A stretch of 64,000 bases of DNA from Maridesulfovibrio sp. (GCF_963677005.1 NZ_OY781616.1:2040766-2104765), one strand, 5' to 3'; positions 1-9,185 are shown, counted from the stretch's first letter. The notes: generated from the sequence alone by a model not told the origin. Numbers and translations are program-made.

Positions 1-189
1 AAGCCCGGAGACTGCGGCAGCGGATTTTTCCCTGCCCAGAAAACAACCGTGCACGGCCAGCACATCCGCCCCGCTCTCCTTGAGCAGAACAAGGGAAAGC
101 AGGCTGTCCGCCCCGCCGCTCACGGCCATGGCGACCTTTCGCCCTGCCGCGACTTCTCTCAATTCAGGATAAATGAGACCTGATCCCAT
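1..189 (-). CDS. PP-loop ATPase, MnmA-like tRNA 2-thiouridylase (N-terminal 63 codons; the gene runs off the window)
   Basis: My own translation of the minus strand from the ATG at 189 gives MGSGLIYPELREVAAGRKVAMAVSGGADSLLSLVLLKESGADVLAVHG. It contains the SGGxDS PP-loop motif. The frame stays open to position 1. The ORF is too short to appear in the ORF track. Confidence 0.5.
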   Translation of the reverse strand, partial: MGSGLIYPELREVAAGRKVAMAVSGGADSLLSLVLLKESGADVLAVHGCFLGREKSAAAVSGL

Positions 190-312
190 CCGGATCTCCG
201 CCTGCCGACTCCTGCGGGATACAGGCTTTACCGACAGGTTGGCTGAAGTTTCACGGCCCCCAGCCGGACGCCCCGAAAGGCAGCCGGAGGCCGATTTTAA
301 TTGAATAAACTA

Positions 313-450
313 TTTTTTGATGCGCTTCGCGCTTTTGATAATTTGATTTCGCCTCTGGCAGCCAAAGGCCCACTAGCCCTTAGGCGAGAAGCTATGCTTC
401 GAGTCTTAGGGATATGGAGAGCAGAGATGGATAATCCCCTTTGGAATCCC
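313..450. repeat. Intergenic repeat, copy A (long form with nested insert)
   Basis: The core TTGATGCGCTTCGCGCTTTTGATAATTTGATTTCGCC lies at 317-353. It is followed by CTGGCAGCCAAAGG, a roughly 60-nt insert, and CCTTTGGAATCCC. Near-identical copies lie at 5945-6078, 60982-61055 and 62104-62140. Confidence 0.8.
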
Positions 451-566
451 TAGTTGTTTAAAGTTATAGTTGTAAAAACAACCTGTTAAACCAACTATTT
501 TTGTTAAGCGAAAGCAATCATCATAATAACAATATGGCTTTAATCAATGCTTCCTAAAAAACCGAT

Positions 567-3185
567 TTAAACAGCAGAAAAAACAAGTCCTTCGTCGCTC
601 ACATCAATATTGACCGTCTGACCTTCACGCAGTTCTCCGCCGATGATCTTCTTGGCCAGCGGGGTTTCCACATGCGCCTGAATGTAGCGGCGCAGCGGTC
701 TTGCCCCGTAGACCGGGTCGTAGGCGGCATGGGCGATAAAGGCCTTGGCCGCATCGGAGACTTCCATGAACATCTTCTGTTCTTCCAGACGGCCGCGCAG
801 CCCGGCCAGTTGCAGATCCACAATCCTGACGAGATCGGTTTCCTGCAGCGGCTTGAAAAGCACGGTTTCGTCAACACGGTTCAGGAATTCGGGTCTGAAA
901 TGTCCGCGCAGGACGTTCATGACACTTTCCTGAACACCGGACCGGAACTCCCCGGCCTTGTCGATTCCTTCCAGCATGAGCTGGGAACCGAGGTTCGAGG
1001 TCATGATGATGATCGTGTTCTTGCAGTCCACGGTACGACCCTGCGAATCCGTTATCCTGCCGTCATCCAGAATCTGGAGCAGCACGTTGAACACATCGCT
1101 GTGGGCCTTCTCGATTTCATCAAAGAGCACTACCGAATACGGCTTGCGCCTGATGGCCTCGGTGAGCTGTCCGCCTTCGTCATAACCGATGTACCCCGGA
1201 GGGGCTCCGATGAGTCTGGCTACCGCATGTTTTTCCATGTACTCGGACATGTCCATGCGCACGATGTTTTCTTCGCTGTCGAAGAGAGCTTCCGCAAGGG
1301 CCTTGCACAGCTCGGTCTTGCCCACCCCGGTGGGGCCGAGGAAGATGAACGAACCGATGGGCCTCGACGGGTCTTTCAGCCCGGCACGCGCACGCAGCAC
1401 GGCTTCGGAAACAGCGCGGACCGCATCGTCCTGACCGATAACCCTGCCGTGCAGGATCTCTTCGAGGCGCAGCAGCTTTTCGCGCTCGCCCTCGACCAGC
1501 CTCTTGACCGGGATACCGGTCCAGCGGGCGATGATTCCGGCAATGTCGTCAGGCCCCACAAACTCCTTGAGCAGCCGCACGCTGTCGGCAGCGGTTTCGG
1601 GGTCACCTTCTATGTCTTGCTCGATGGCGGCCAGCTGTTTTTCAAGCCCCGGCATGGTGGAATACTTCAATTCCGCAGCGCGGTTGAGATCCCCGTGCCT
1701 CTGGGCCTCGTCAATGTCGATCCTAGTCTTTTCGATCTGCGCCTTGAGGTCGCGGATGGTGTCGATGGACCCTTTTTCCTTTTCCCACTGCTCCATAAGC
1801 TCGGACTGCCTGATCTTCAACTCGGTCAGGGAGTCCTCCAGCTTGGAGAGACGTTCGCGGGAAGCTGAATCCTCTTCACGCCTGAGGGCCTCGCGTTCAA
1901 TTTCCATCTGCAGGATCTGGCGGTTGATCTTGTCCAGCTCGTAAGGCTGGGAATCAATCTCGGTCCTGATCATGGCCGCAGCTTCATCGATAAGGTCGAT
2001 GGCCTTGTCAGGAAGCTGGCGGTCGGTGATGTACCTGTTGGAAAGAGTCGCAGCTTCCACCAGAGCAGCATCGCTGATGCGAACCCCGTGATGGACCTCG
2101 AACCGTTCCTTGAGACCACGCAGAATGGAAATGGTATCCTCAACCGTGGGCTCTTCCACCAGAATGGTCTGGAAACGCCTTTCAAGAGCCGGGTCCTTTT
2201 CAATATATTTACGGTACTCGTCGGTGGTCGTGGCACCTATGCAGTGCAGTTCACCACGGGCCAGCATGGGCTTGAGCAGGTTACCGGCATCCATTGCGCC
2301 GTCGGTCTTGCCTGCGCCCACGATGGTGTGGATTTCATCAATGAAAATGATGATCCGCCCTTCTGATTCCTGAACTTCCTTGAGTACGGCCTTGAGCCTT
2401 TCCTCGAATTCACCACGGTACTTAGCACCGGCAATAAGGGCGCCCATGTCCAGCATGAACACGGTCTTGTCCTTCAGACCTTCAGGCACGTCCTGCTTGA
2501 CTATGCGCTGGGCCAGCCCTTCGATGATCGCGGTCTTGCCGACCCCGGCCTCACCGATGAGAATAGGGTTGTTTTTGGTCCGGCGCGAAAGTATACGGAT
2601 GACCCTGCGTATTTCGGAATCACGGCCGATGACCGGGTCCACCTTGCCCTTGCGGGCCTCTTCCACAAGGTCACGACCGTATTTCTTGAGCGCATCGTAG
2701 GTTGCTTCCGGGTTATCGGTGGTCACGCGCTGGTTGCCACGGATAGAGGTCATGGCTTCCAGCACCTTGTCCTTGGTGAGGTTGAAGGACTTGTTGACCC
2801 GCCCGGCACCGGTGGAACCGTGCTCATCCATAATAGCGAGGAACAGGTGTTCCACGCTGATGAACTCGTCCTGCATGCGCTTGGCCACGGACTCGGCCTC
2901 GACCATCACCCGGTTGAGCCGCTGGGTGACGAAGACCTGCCCCGGCTGCGCACCGGGTCCGCTTACGCTGGGCAGCCTGTCTATCTCCCTTTCCACAGCT
3001 GATTTGTAGGCTGCGGGATCAATGGAGCTTTTTTCGAGAATTTTTGCGACGATGCCGTTCTCCTGCTCCACCAGAGCAAGAAGAAGGTGTTCCACGTCTA
3101 TCTGCTGCTGTCCGTTTTTGACAGCAATGGATTGTGCTTCGGCAATAGCGTCGTTGGTTTTCTTTGTGAATTTGTTCGGATCCAT
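567..3185 (-). CDS. clpB: ATP-dependent chaperone/disaggregase ClpB
   Basis: 872-aa ORF with two AAA+ modules (Walker A GEAGVGKT and GPTGVGKT) separated by a long coiled-coil middle domain. It has an N-terminal Clp repeat region. AGGAG lies 8 nt upstream of the ATG. Confidence 0.97.
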   Translation of the reverse strand: MDPNKFTKKTNDAIAEAQSIAVKNGQQQIDVEHLLLALVEQENGIVAKILEKSSIDPAAYKSAVEREIDRLPSVSGPGAQPGQVFVTQRLNRVMVEAESVAKRMQDEFISVEHLFLAIMDEHGSTGAGRVNKSFNLTKDKVLEAMTSIRGNQRVTTDNPEATYDALKKYGRDLVEEARKGKVDPVIGRDSEIRRVIRILSRRTKNNPILIGEAGVGKTAIIEGLAQRIVKQDVPEGLKDKTVFMLDMGALIAGAKYRGEFEERLKAVLKEVQESEGRIIIFIDEIHTIVGAGKTDGAMDAGNLLKPMLARGELHCIGATTTDEYRKYIEKDPALERRFQTILVEEPTVEDTISILRGLKERFEVHHGVRISDAALVEAATLSNRYITDRQLPDKAIDLIDEAAAMIRTEIDSQPYELDKINRQILQMEIEREALRREEDSASRERLSKLEDSLTELKIRQSELMEQWEKEKGSIDTIRDLKAQIEKTRIDIDEAQRHGDLNRAAELKYSTMPGLEKQLAAIEQDIEGDPETAADSVRLLKEFVGPDDIAGIIARWTGIPVKRLVEGEREKLLRLEEILHGRVIGQDDAVRAVSEAVLRARAGLKDPSRPIGSFIFLGPTGVGKTELCKALAEALFDSEENIVRMDMSEYMEKHAVARLIGAPPGYIGYDEGGQLTEAIRRKPYSVVLFDEIEKAHSDVFNVLLQILDDGRITDSQGRTVDCKNTIIIMTSNLGSQLMLEGIDKAGEFRSGVQESVMNVLRGHFRPEFLNRVDETVLFKPLQETDLVRIVDLQLAGLRGRLEEQKMFMEVSDAAKAFIAHAAYDPVYGARPLRRYIQAHVETPLAKKIIGGELREGQTVNIDVSDEGLVFSAV

Positions 3186-3435
3186 ATAGAGTCTCCTTTT
3201 ATTTTATGTAGTTGACTCGCATTCAAGATTCACAACTCACATTCAGGCCGCTTCGGCTCTGAAATCCGGACGCACTGCTACTGATCTTCAAAGAGGAGGG
3301 CTGATCCTCCACCTGAAATATTCCGGCACACGGGGCAGGAGTCTGAATCCTGTTATGGGTTCGCAAGTCATTGCGTTTAACCTTGCGGCAATGCTTTATA
3401 AAAACATTTGTTGTCTGTTTATATGTCAAATGGCC

Positions 3436-3532
3436 TTCGGCGACCCTGCCGGGGGCCTTAAACCCTTTGAAAAGGGTTTAAGAATCCTAAACTTTTTCAG
3501 CGAGGCTTCGCCGCCTTGAATAATAAATCGTC
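3436..3532. repeat. Possible diverged relative of the intergenic repeat (copy E)
   Basis: Positions 3494-3532 (CTTTTTCAGCGAGGCTTCGCCGCCTTGAATAATAAATCG) align with gaps to the 37-nt core. The perfect hairpin TTAAACCCTTTGAAAAGGGTTTAA at 3458-3481 and GCGACCCT at 3440-3447 recall the hairpin module of copies B and C, but here they sit upstream of the core. Confidence 0.3.
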
Positions 3533-3658
3533 ATAAATTTATTCAAGAGTTCAGGCTTATTTGTATTTTCAACACTACAGACGAACGGCACCTCATATAA
3601 CCGACCGGAGATTGCCTTTTCCGGCAGATCAGGCGGGGAAATCCCCGACCTGTTCAGA

Positions 3659-3973
3659 TCATATCAGCTTGCGCATCTCCTCGATGCGGGCTTCGAGTTT
3701 TTCCACCCGTTCCAGCAGGTCCACAATGATGGACCCTCCGGTGGTGGTGATTTCAAGATCCTTGCAGAGTCTTGAAAGCTTACCCAGTCTGTAAAGATCA
3801 CGGGTTTCAAAAAGAAACTGTCCGTCTCCGGTGGTTCCGGGGCGGACCCACTCCATGCTGATAAGCTCCAGCACGGCGGTCTCCTCCAGCCCGGTCATTT
3901 CCACCACCTGCTCTATGACCAGCCGTTTGGAACTGCTGGGAGGCTGTGCTTCGGATCTCTTCTTAATTTCCAT
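3659..3973 (-). CDS. cbpM: CbpM/HspR-like MerR-type chaperone modulatory protein
   Basis: 104-aa ORF lying 12 nt downstream of the DnaJ-like gene on the same strand. It has an HTH-like N-terminus (LVIEQVVEMTGLEETAVLELISMEWV) and a coiled C-terminus. The gene order matches cbpA-cbpM. Confidence 0.65.
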   Translation of the reverse strand: MEIKKRSEAQPPSSSKRLVIEQVVEMTGLEETAVLELISMEWVRPGTTGDGQFLFETRDLYRLGKLSRLCKDLEITTTGGSIIVDLLERVEKLEARIEEMRKLI

Positions 3974-3985
3974 GTCGGGCCTCCC

Positions 3986-4987
3986 TTAGAACGGCCTGGG
4001 GTTGAAGTCGGACTTTGCGGCCATTTCCTGCCAGAGTCTGGTCATTTCCTCGGAATCGCCCTTGGGAACCTGTATCATGATGCGCACGAACTGGTCTCCC
4101 TTTCTGGCTCCGGAACCCATGCCGCGTCCTTTTACACGCAGTTTCTTTCCGCTCCCGATTCCTGCGGGAATGTTCATCTCGATCATTCCTTCCAGGGTGG
4201 GCAGTTTTACTCTGGTGCCCAGAGCGGCTTCCCACGGGGTCAGGTCCAGATCAAGGATGACGTTGTTGTCTTCCACCTTGAAATACTGGTGCGGTGCCAG
4301 CCGGATCTTCAGGTACAGGTCGCCGCGCGGCCCGTCATTGGGGCCCGGTGAGCCCTGTCCGGCAAGACGGATCTTCTGGCCGTCCTTGATGCCCGCCGGA
4401 ATGTTCACATCCAGCGTCTTGGACTGGACCATGGGATGCCCGCCGGGACCGGTGGCCCTTTCCTGCACGGTAATGGACTTGGAACCGCCCTTGTAAGCTT
4501 CTTCCAGAGTCAGTTGCAGTGTTGTTTCGGAATCAGTTCCCTTGCGGGGACGCTGCTGAAAACCGGCACCGCCGAAACTCTGTCCTCCGAAGCCCTGGCC
4601 TCCGAATCCCGATGCTCCGCCGAAGCTTGCTCCGCTGAAACCTCCGCCACCGCCGAATATGGTTTCAAAGAAGTCGCTGAAATCACCTCCGCCAGCACCG
4701 CCGAAGCCGCCGAAATGCGCGTTCTCATAGCCCGGAGGCGGACGGAAATTCTGTCCGTGCTCCCAATCCGAACCGAACTGGTCGTACATCTTGCGCTTTT
4801 CGGGGTCCTTGAGGACTTCGTAAGCTTCGTTGATTTCCTTGAACTTCTGTTCCGCATCGGCATTGTCCGGATTCAGGTCCGGATGATATTTCCTGGCCAG
4901 CTTTTTGAAAGCCTTGGAAATTTCTTCCTTTTCAGCTGTACGGGAAACTCCCAGAAGTTTATAATAATCCTTATATTTCACGCTCAT
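3986..4987 (-). CDS. cbpA: DnaJ-class co-chaperone of the CbpA type (curved-DNA-binding protein)
   Basis: The J domain carries the HPD motif (KYHPDLNP). It is followed by a long Gly/Phe-rich region and a C-terminal substrate-binding domain. There is no CxxCxGxG zinc finger, so it is CbpA-like rather than DnaJ. Confidence 0.85.
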   Translation of the reverse strand: MSVKYKDYYKLLGVSRTAEKEEISKAFKKLARKYHPDLNPDNADAEQKFKEINEAYEVLKDPEKRKMYDQFGSDWEHGQNFRPPPGYENAHFGGFGGAGGGDFSDFFETIFGGGGGFSGASFGGASGFGGQGFGGQSFGGAGFQQRPRKGTDSETTLQLTLEEAYKGGSKSITVQERATGPGGHPMVQSKTLDVNIPAGIKDGQKIRLAGQGSPGPNDGPRGDLYLKIRLAPHQYFKVEDNNVILDLDLTPWEAALGTRVKLPTLEGMIEMNIPAGIGSGKKLRVKGRGMGSGARKGDQFVRIMIQVPKGDSEEMTRLWQEMAAKSDFNPRPF

Positions 4988-5178
4988 ATTAAGAACAACT
5001 CCTTAAGTGATTGGACGATCAGTCTTTGTCCGTCACTCTACCAAAATAATTCACGGATGAATCAAGTCAAGCGTAATGATTGAATTTAGATTGCTGCAGC
5101 AGGGATTATCCTGCCCGAATCGTCTGAAAAGCAGACAATAATCCTACTGTTTGAAGGGATATGATTCATGAAATATTT

Positions 5179-5910
5179 TCAGAAATCCTCTGGCAGTTCA
5201 TAATCCTTCTTGTCCCGGACGTAACAGTAAACGCAGCGATCCTTGCGCACGAACAGCTTGATCATCAGCATACCCGCGATGAAACCACCGGCATGGGCCG
5301 CCCAGGCTATTTTTTCGGCAGCCCCAGCAAAGTGGTCCGTAATTCCGGAAACAACCTGTATGGCAAACCACAGCAGCAAAAACAGCCATGCCGGTATCTT
5401 GAAAAAAAACGGAATGATCACCACCGGAAAAAGTGTCAGCACCTTGCCGTGCGGGTAAAGCAACAGATAACCGCCCATTATCCCCGCCACTGCTCCAGAG
5501 GCCCCGATAACCGGTGCGCTGGCCGCCGGGTCTATCGCCATCTGGGTCGCAATAGCCGCAAGCCCGCAGGCCAGATAAAATATTACAAACCGGACATGCC
5601 CCACCGCGTCTTCAATGTTGTCTGCAAATATCCAGAGCATCCACATGTTTAAAATGATGTGCAGCCAGTTGCTGTGCAGAAACATGTAGGTGAAAAGCGG
5701 CAGGGTCCCGGCATCCGGATAACCTGCGGCAACCGCCCATTCATGGTTGAAGAACCTTGCCGGGACCACACCCAGCAGGTGAAACAGAACAAGCCGCCCG
5801 GACGGAGTAAGCGTCTGCTCAAAAATAAAAATCGCTATATTGATGATCATGATTGCGCGAAGCACGTACGGAGTAGTCAGGCAGGGGACATTGTCGCGGA
5901 TTGGAATCAT
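5179..5910 (-). CDS. Rhomboid-family intramembrane serine protease
   Basis: 243-aa polytopic protein with the HxxxN motif (HIILNMW), the catalytic GASGAV motif (IGASGAVAGIMGG) and the downstream AHAGG motif. Confidence 0.9.
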   Translation of the reverse strand: MIPIRDNVPCLTTPYVLRAIMIINIAIFIFEQTLTPSGRLVLFHLLGVVPARFFNHEWAVAAGYPDAGTLPLFTYMFLHSNWLHIILNMWMLWIFADNIEDAVGHVRFVIFYLACGLAAIATQMAIDPAASAPVIGASGAVAGIMGGYLLLYPHGKVLTLFPVVIIPFFFKIPAWLFLLLWFAIQVVSGITDHFAGAAEKIAWAAHAGGFIAGMLMIKLFVRKDRCVYCYVRDKKDYELPEDF

Positions 5911-5942
5911 GTGGTCGCGTTCTCCGATTTTCCTGTATGAAA

Positions 5943-6078
5943 TTTTGATGCGCTGCGCGCTTTTGACAATCTGATTTCGCCGCTGGCGGCCAAAGGCCCA
6001 TTAGCCCTTAGGCGAGAAGCTATGCTTCAAGTCTTAGGGATATGGAGAGCAGAGATGTCCGCGACCCTTTGGAATACC
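5943..6078. repeat. Intergenic repeat, copy B (long form with nested insert)
   Basis: The core at 5945-5981 has 3 mismatches in 37 against copy A. GCCAAAGG is followed by a 61-nt insert and then TCCGCGACCCTTTGGAATACC. Confidence 0.8.
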
Positions 6079-6266
6079 TGACGGTTTAGCTGGAATCCTG
6101 CAATCCGTCACGCTGCCCGAAATTTCGCGACAATAAGGCAACGCTATCAAAAAAATTGTTGCACTGATAGTAAATCGTTATTTGATAAGACCGGATAGGG
6201 GGACTGCTAATCAGTGTCTTGATCTCTAGAGTAACCGGACATCTATCGCCGAAGCCATACCAAGGC

Positions 6267-6298
6267 TAATAAAAATCCCCGCCGCATATGCGGCGGGG
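6267..6298 (-). terminator. Rho-independent terminator (minus strand)
   Basis: A perfect 22-nt palindrome, CCCCGCCGCATATGCGGCGGGG, lies at 6277-6298. On the minus strand it is followed by ATTTTTATTA. There is no T-run on the plus strand. Confidence 0.65.
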
Positions 6299-6480
6299 AA
6301 ATGACGAGATTGAGCTGGTAGGTAAACCGGAAGGACTCACTCCCAAAACACTGAGCCTCAAACCTGAAGCGGGGTTGGACCTTGCGTAGAATTCTCTTAT
6401 GTAAAATGGACTTTCGCCCTTACTACTAATATGTGTTCATTCTTCCGTCTACGGTCCTGACCATCGCTCCGGGTCACACT
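6299..6480 (-). ncRNA. Candidate structured sRNA or long 3' UTR ending at the 6267-6298 terminator
   Basis: This non-coding stretch lies between the rluD-coaE stop (6529) and the terminator. Its arms at 6307-6352 and 6436-6473 can pair as interrupted helices (GAGC, UGGU, AGG, CGGAAG, ACAC). There is an internal hairpin GCUUCA-GGUU-UGAGGC. I did not recognise any known RNA family. Confidence 0.25.
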
Positions 6481-6528
6481 TAAATAATAATGACTGCTCA
6501 CAACATGTCAATGCCCACTCGAAAAAGA

Positions 6529-8250
6529 TCAGCCTTCTTTTTCACTGAACAGCCTGTGCAGCAAGGCCGAAAAATCATCTTCCTTCTGCTCGCGCAGCGC
6601 CGCAAGCTCACCAAGCACCCGCATTGTTTCGGACTTAAGCTTATCAAGTCCGGCATCGTTTTCTATTACAGCAGAACAGCAGGCCAGCTTGGATTTTTCA
6701 TCCCACTGCCAGGAATCGAACACAGCCAGTGTTTCTGCGGGCAGACTGCGCTTTTCACGCAACTCACCGGTGCGCCTGCTCTCAGGGCAATGCACGCCGA
6801 CCACCACGTCCACCAGTTTCTCGGTGTGCCACCCGCCTTCAAGCAGCAGCGGAACTTCGGCTACGGCCAGCGGACTGGAGACATTTTCGACAAAAAACTC
6901 CTCCGCCTCGTGCCGGACGATGGGGTGGATTATATCCATGATCTCGCGGCGGACAGATTCGTCTTCGCACATGGAGCTGAACAGGGCCGGTTTGTCAATG
7001 TTCCCAGTTTCCGCGTCAATAAAACGATTACCGAAACGCTGACGGATAAGCTCCCAGCCGGGAGCGTCCTTTTCATATGCCTGAGCTACAGAGACATCCG
7101 CGCTGAACACGGGTATGCCCTGCTCCCAAAACTCCCTGAGCACGGCGGATTTTCCGCTGCACGGCATACCGATCAGCCCGACCCGCTGAACGGACCGGTT
7201 CAGTTCCTTCAGCAGGGTAACGAAATCATCGGGCGGTGGAAGCAGAAAATCAAGCCGTTCACCGGTTCCGGGATGCGTAAAGGAAAGGCTGTGGGCATGC
7301 AGCATCTGCCGCCCGGCGAACTCCGCCAGCTTCGGATTTTCCCGGACCATGAGCGCATGTTCCCTGGCCCCGTAGACCTGATCTCCCAGAAGAGGATGGC
7401 CGATATGGGCCATATGAACCCTGATCTGGTGGGTTCGCCCGGTATGTATCCTGACCCGGACCAGACTTGCCCGACCGGCAGGATCGCTCCAGAGAACCGT
7501 GTAGCTTGACCGGGCTTCACGCCCGCCCTTCATCAGCACGGACATTCTGGTCTTGTGTACCGGGTGCCGCCCGATGGGCTCGTCTATGTCTCCGAATTCG
7601 CGTTCCGGGACTCCGTGCACGATTGCCAGATAGGTCTTTTTCACTTCCCGATCGGCAAAAGCCGCGGACATTGCCAGCCGGTCATGCTCGTTGAGCGCAA
7701 CGGAGATCAGTCCGGACGTGAACTTGTCCAGTCGGTGTACAATTCCGGGTCGCCACGGGTCCATGTCCACAATCTGCGGGAAATGATGGATCAGCCGATG
7801 CACCAGAGTATCCGTGGGACAACTCGGCGCTGGATGAGTGGTCAGCCCGGCAGGCTTGTTCACCACTGCAATGCTGCCGTCGTTGAAAAGTATTTCAAGA
7901 GGCTTGTCTTCAGGAATCAGGGTCCCGGATGCGCTCTCCCCTTCAAGAGTAAGCCTTTCCCCCCCGGAAAGCTTCAGGTTGGCCTTGGTGCAGACCTTCC
8001 CGTCGACAGTAGCCCCGCCGGACTTTATCCAGTCCTGCACTTTGCCGCGTGAAACGCCATCCTCTTCAAGGGCTGTACCCCAGAATTTATCCAGCCGCAC
8101 ATTACGGTCGAAAGCAGAGGCAGTCCGCTCCCAGGCCTGGGTGGTTTCATCTTCTAAAAGCTCTTCATTTTCCGGAAACGCTTCATTATCACACATGCAG
8201 TTTATCCCGTTTTCAAATTCAGTCAGCCGGCGGCTGACAAAGCAGATCAA
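6529..8250 (-). CDS. Fusion protein: RluD-type 23S rRNA pseudouridine synthase (S4 plus catalytic domain) joined to dephospho-CoA kinase
   Basis: The N-terminal part has an S4-like segment and the RluA-family catalytic motif HRLDKFTSGL together with GRTHQIRVH. The C-terminal roughly 200 aa has the P-loop GMPCSGKS, ADVSVAQAY and EVPLLLEGG, as in CoaE. The start is uncertain (8250, or the ATG at 8196). Confidence 0.85.
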   Translation of the reverse strand: MICFVSRRLTEFENGINCMCDNEAFPENEELLEDETTQAWERTASAFDRNVRLDKFWGTALEEDGVSRGKVQDWIKSGGATVDGKVCTKANLKLSGGERLTLEGESASGTLIPEDKPLEILFNDGSIAVVNKPAGLTTHPAPSCPTDTLVHRLIHHFPQIVDMDPWRPGIVHRLDKFTSGLISVALNEHDRLAMSAAFADREVKKTYLAIVHGVPEREFGDIDEPIGRHPVHKTRMSVLMKGGREARSSYTVLWSDPAGRASLVRVRIHTGRTHQIRVHMAHIGHPLLGDQVYGAREHALMVRENPKLAEFAGRQMLHAHSLSFTHPGTGERLDFLLPPPDDFVTLLKELNRSVQRVGLIGMPCSGKSAVLREFWEQGIPVFSADVSVAQAYEKDAPGWELIRQRFGNRFIDAETGNIDKPALFSSMCEDESVRREIMDIIHPIVRHEAEEFFVENVSSPLAVAEVPLLLEGGWHTEKLVDVVVGVHCPESRRTGELREKRSLPAETLAVFDSWQWDEKSKLACCSAVIENDAGLDKLKSETMRVLGELAALREQKEDDFSALLHRLFSEKEG

Positions 8251-8441
8251 GCAAAGATTAATCAGTATCTTTTTATATAATAAGGTACAACAGCCGCAGT
8301 GCAGTCCACGAAAACTTTCCGTATTCTGCAGGATGCTGTCTGACCGGACAGCAGACCTGTCCGTTTACTTCTGTGATTATCGGCGGTTGCTTATATAAAC
8401 CATGCCGAAGGCTCGTTAGCCAAACTATATACAAAAATGTT

Positions 8442-8470
8442 TTGACGGCACGACCAGTGCTGAGTATAAA
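8442..8470 (+). promoter_or_regulatory. Sigma70-type promoter candidate for upp
   Basis: TTGACG (8442-8447), a 17-nt spacer, then TATAAA (8465-8470). It lies 56 nt upstream of the upp GTG start. Confidence 0.4.
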
Positions 8471-8525
8471 TATAAAGTTTTAGCTTTTTGGACTTATAAC
8501 AACAATATGGCATACAGGAGGCACC

Positions 8526-9152
8526 GTGGCGGTTCATGTGGTAGACCATCCTCTGGTAAGACACAAGCTCGGCATTCTCCGTGAAGACGGCATCAGTACC
8601 AGCCGCTTTCGCGCACTGGCTCAGGAAATATCAAGACTCCTCACCTACGAGGCCACCAAGGACCTTGTAACGGAAAAGAAAACCATCAAAGGCTGGGCCG
8701 GAGATGTTGAAGTAGAGGAGATCAAAGGCAAAAAAATCACCGTGGTTCCCATTCTCCGGGCCGGGCTCGGCATGATGGACGGTGTCCTTGACATGGTTCC
8801 CGGAGCCCGTGTGAGCGTTGTAGGATTCTACCGGAACGAGGAAACTCTGCAGCCGGTTGAATATTACGTCAAGCTCGCAAGCAACATCGATGAACGCATC
8901 GCGCTCATACTTGATCCGATGCTGGCAACCGGCGGAACACTGATGGCTACAATAGACCTGCTCAAGAAGTCGGGCTGCACAAACATCAAGGGACTTTTCC
9001 TTGTGGCAGCTCCCGAGGGCATTGAAAAAATTGTGACCGCTCATCCGGATGTAGACATATATGTCGCGGCAATCGATGAAAAACTCAACGATGTAGGATA
9101 CATCCTCCCGGGTCTCGGAGACGCGGGAGACAAGATATTCGGCACCAAATAG
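8526..9152 (+). CDS. upp: Uracil phosphoribosyltransferase
   Basis: 208-aa [22 protein letters not shown]..., with the PRPP-binding loop [12 protein letters not shown] and the C-terminal [20 protein letters not shown] start with AGGAGG upstream. Confidence 0.95.
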   Translation: MAVHVVDHPLVRHKLGILREDGISTSRFRALAQEISRLLTYEATKDLVTEKKTIKGWAGDVEVEEIKGKKITVVPILRAGLGMMDGVLDMVPGARVSVVGFYRNEETLQPVEYYVKLASNIDERIALILDPMLATGGTLMATIDLLKKSGCTNIKGLFLVAAPEGIEKIVTAHPDVDIYVAAIDEKLNDVGYILPGLGDAGDKIFGTK

Positions 9153-9160
9153 TTTTTTCC

Positions 9161-9185
9161 AGGCACCGGAAGGTGCCTTTTTTTT
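9161..9185 (+). terminator. Intrinsic terminator or attenuator between upp and uraA
   Basis: AGGCACC-GGAA-GGTGCCT hairpin followed by a T8 run. Confidence 0.6.

Noticed and set aside
672-1868. 398-aa plus-strand ORF, and several shorter ones, overlapping clpB
   Set aside because: It lies entirely antisense to an unambiguous clpB CDS. The translation is low-complexity (rich in G, R, L, P and H) with no recognisable motif. It is a typical shadow ORF.
3201-3227. Sigma32-like CTTGAA ... CATAAAAT upstream of clpB
   Set aside because: The CTTGAA hexamer is present. However, the spacing to the CAT of the -10 region is about 2 nt too short, the CCCC run is missing, and the implied 5' UTR would start inside the Shine-Dalgarno region. 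It is not reportable as a promoter.
6299-6480. Assigning the candidate RNA to SRP RNA, RNase P RNA, tmRNA or 6S RNA
   Set aside because: There are partial look-alikes: GGUCAGGACCG...GGAAG resembles the SRP motif, and GGGCGAAAGUCC resembles the RNase P P4 region. The full conserved boxes, the lengths and the tRNA-like ends are absent. I kept it only as an unclassified candidate.
6490-7509. 339-aa plus-strand ORF antisense to the rluD-coaE fusion gene
   Set aside because: It has no domain signature, and the opposite strand encodes two clearly recognisable enzyme domains. It is a shadow ORF.
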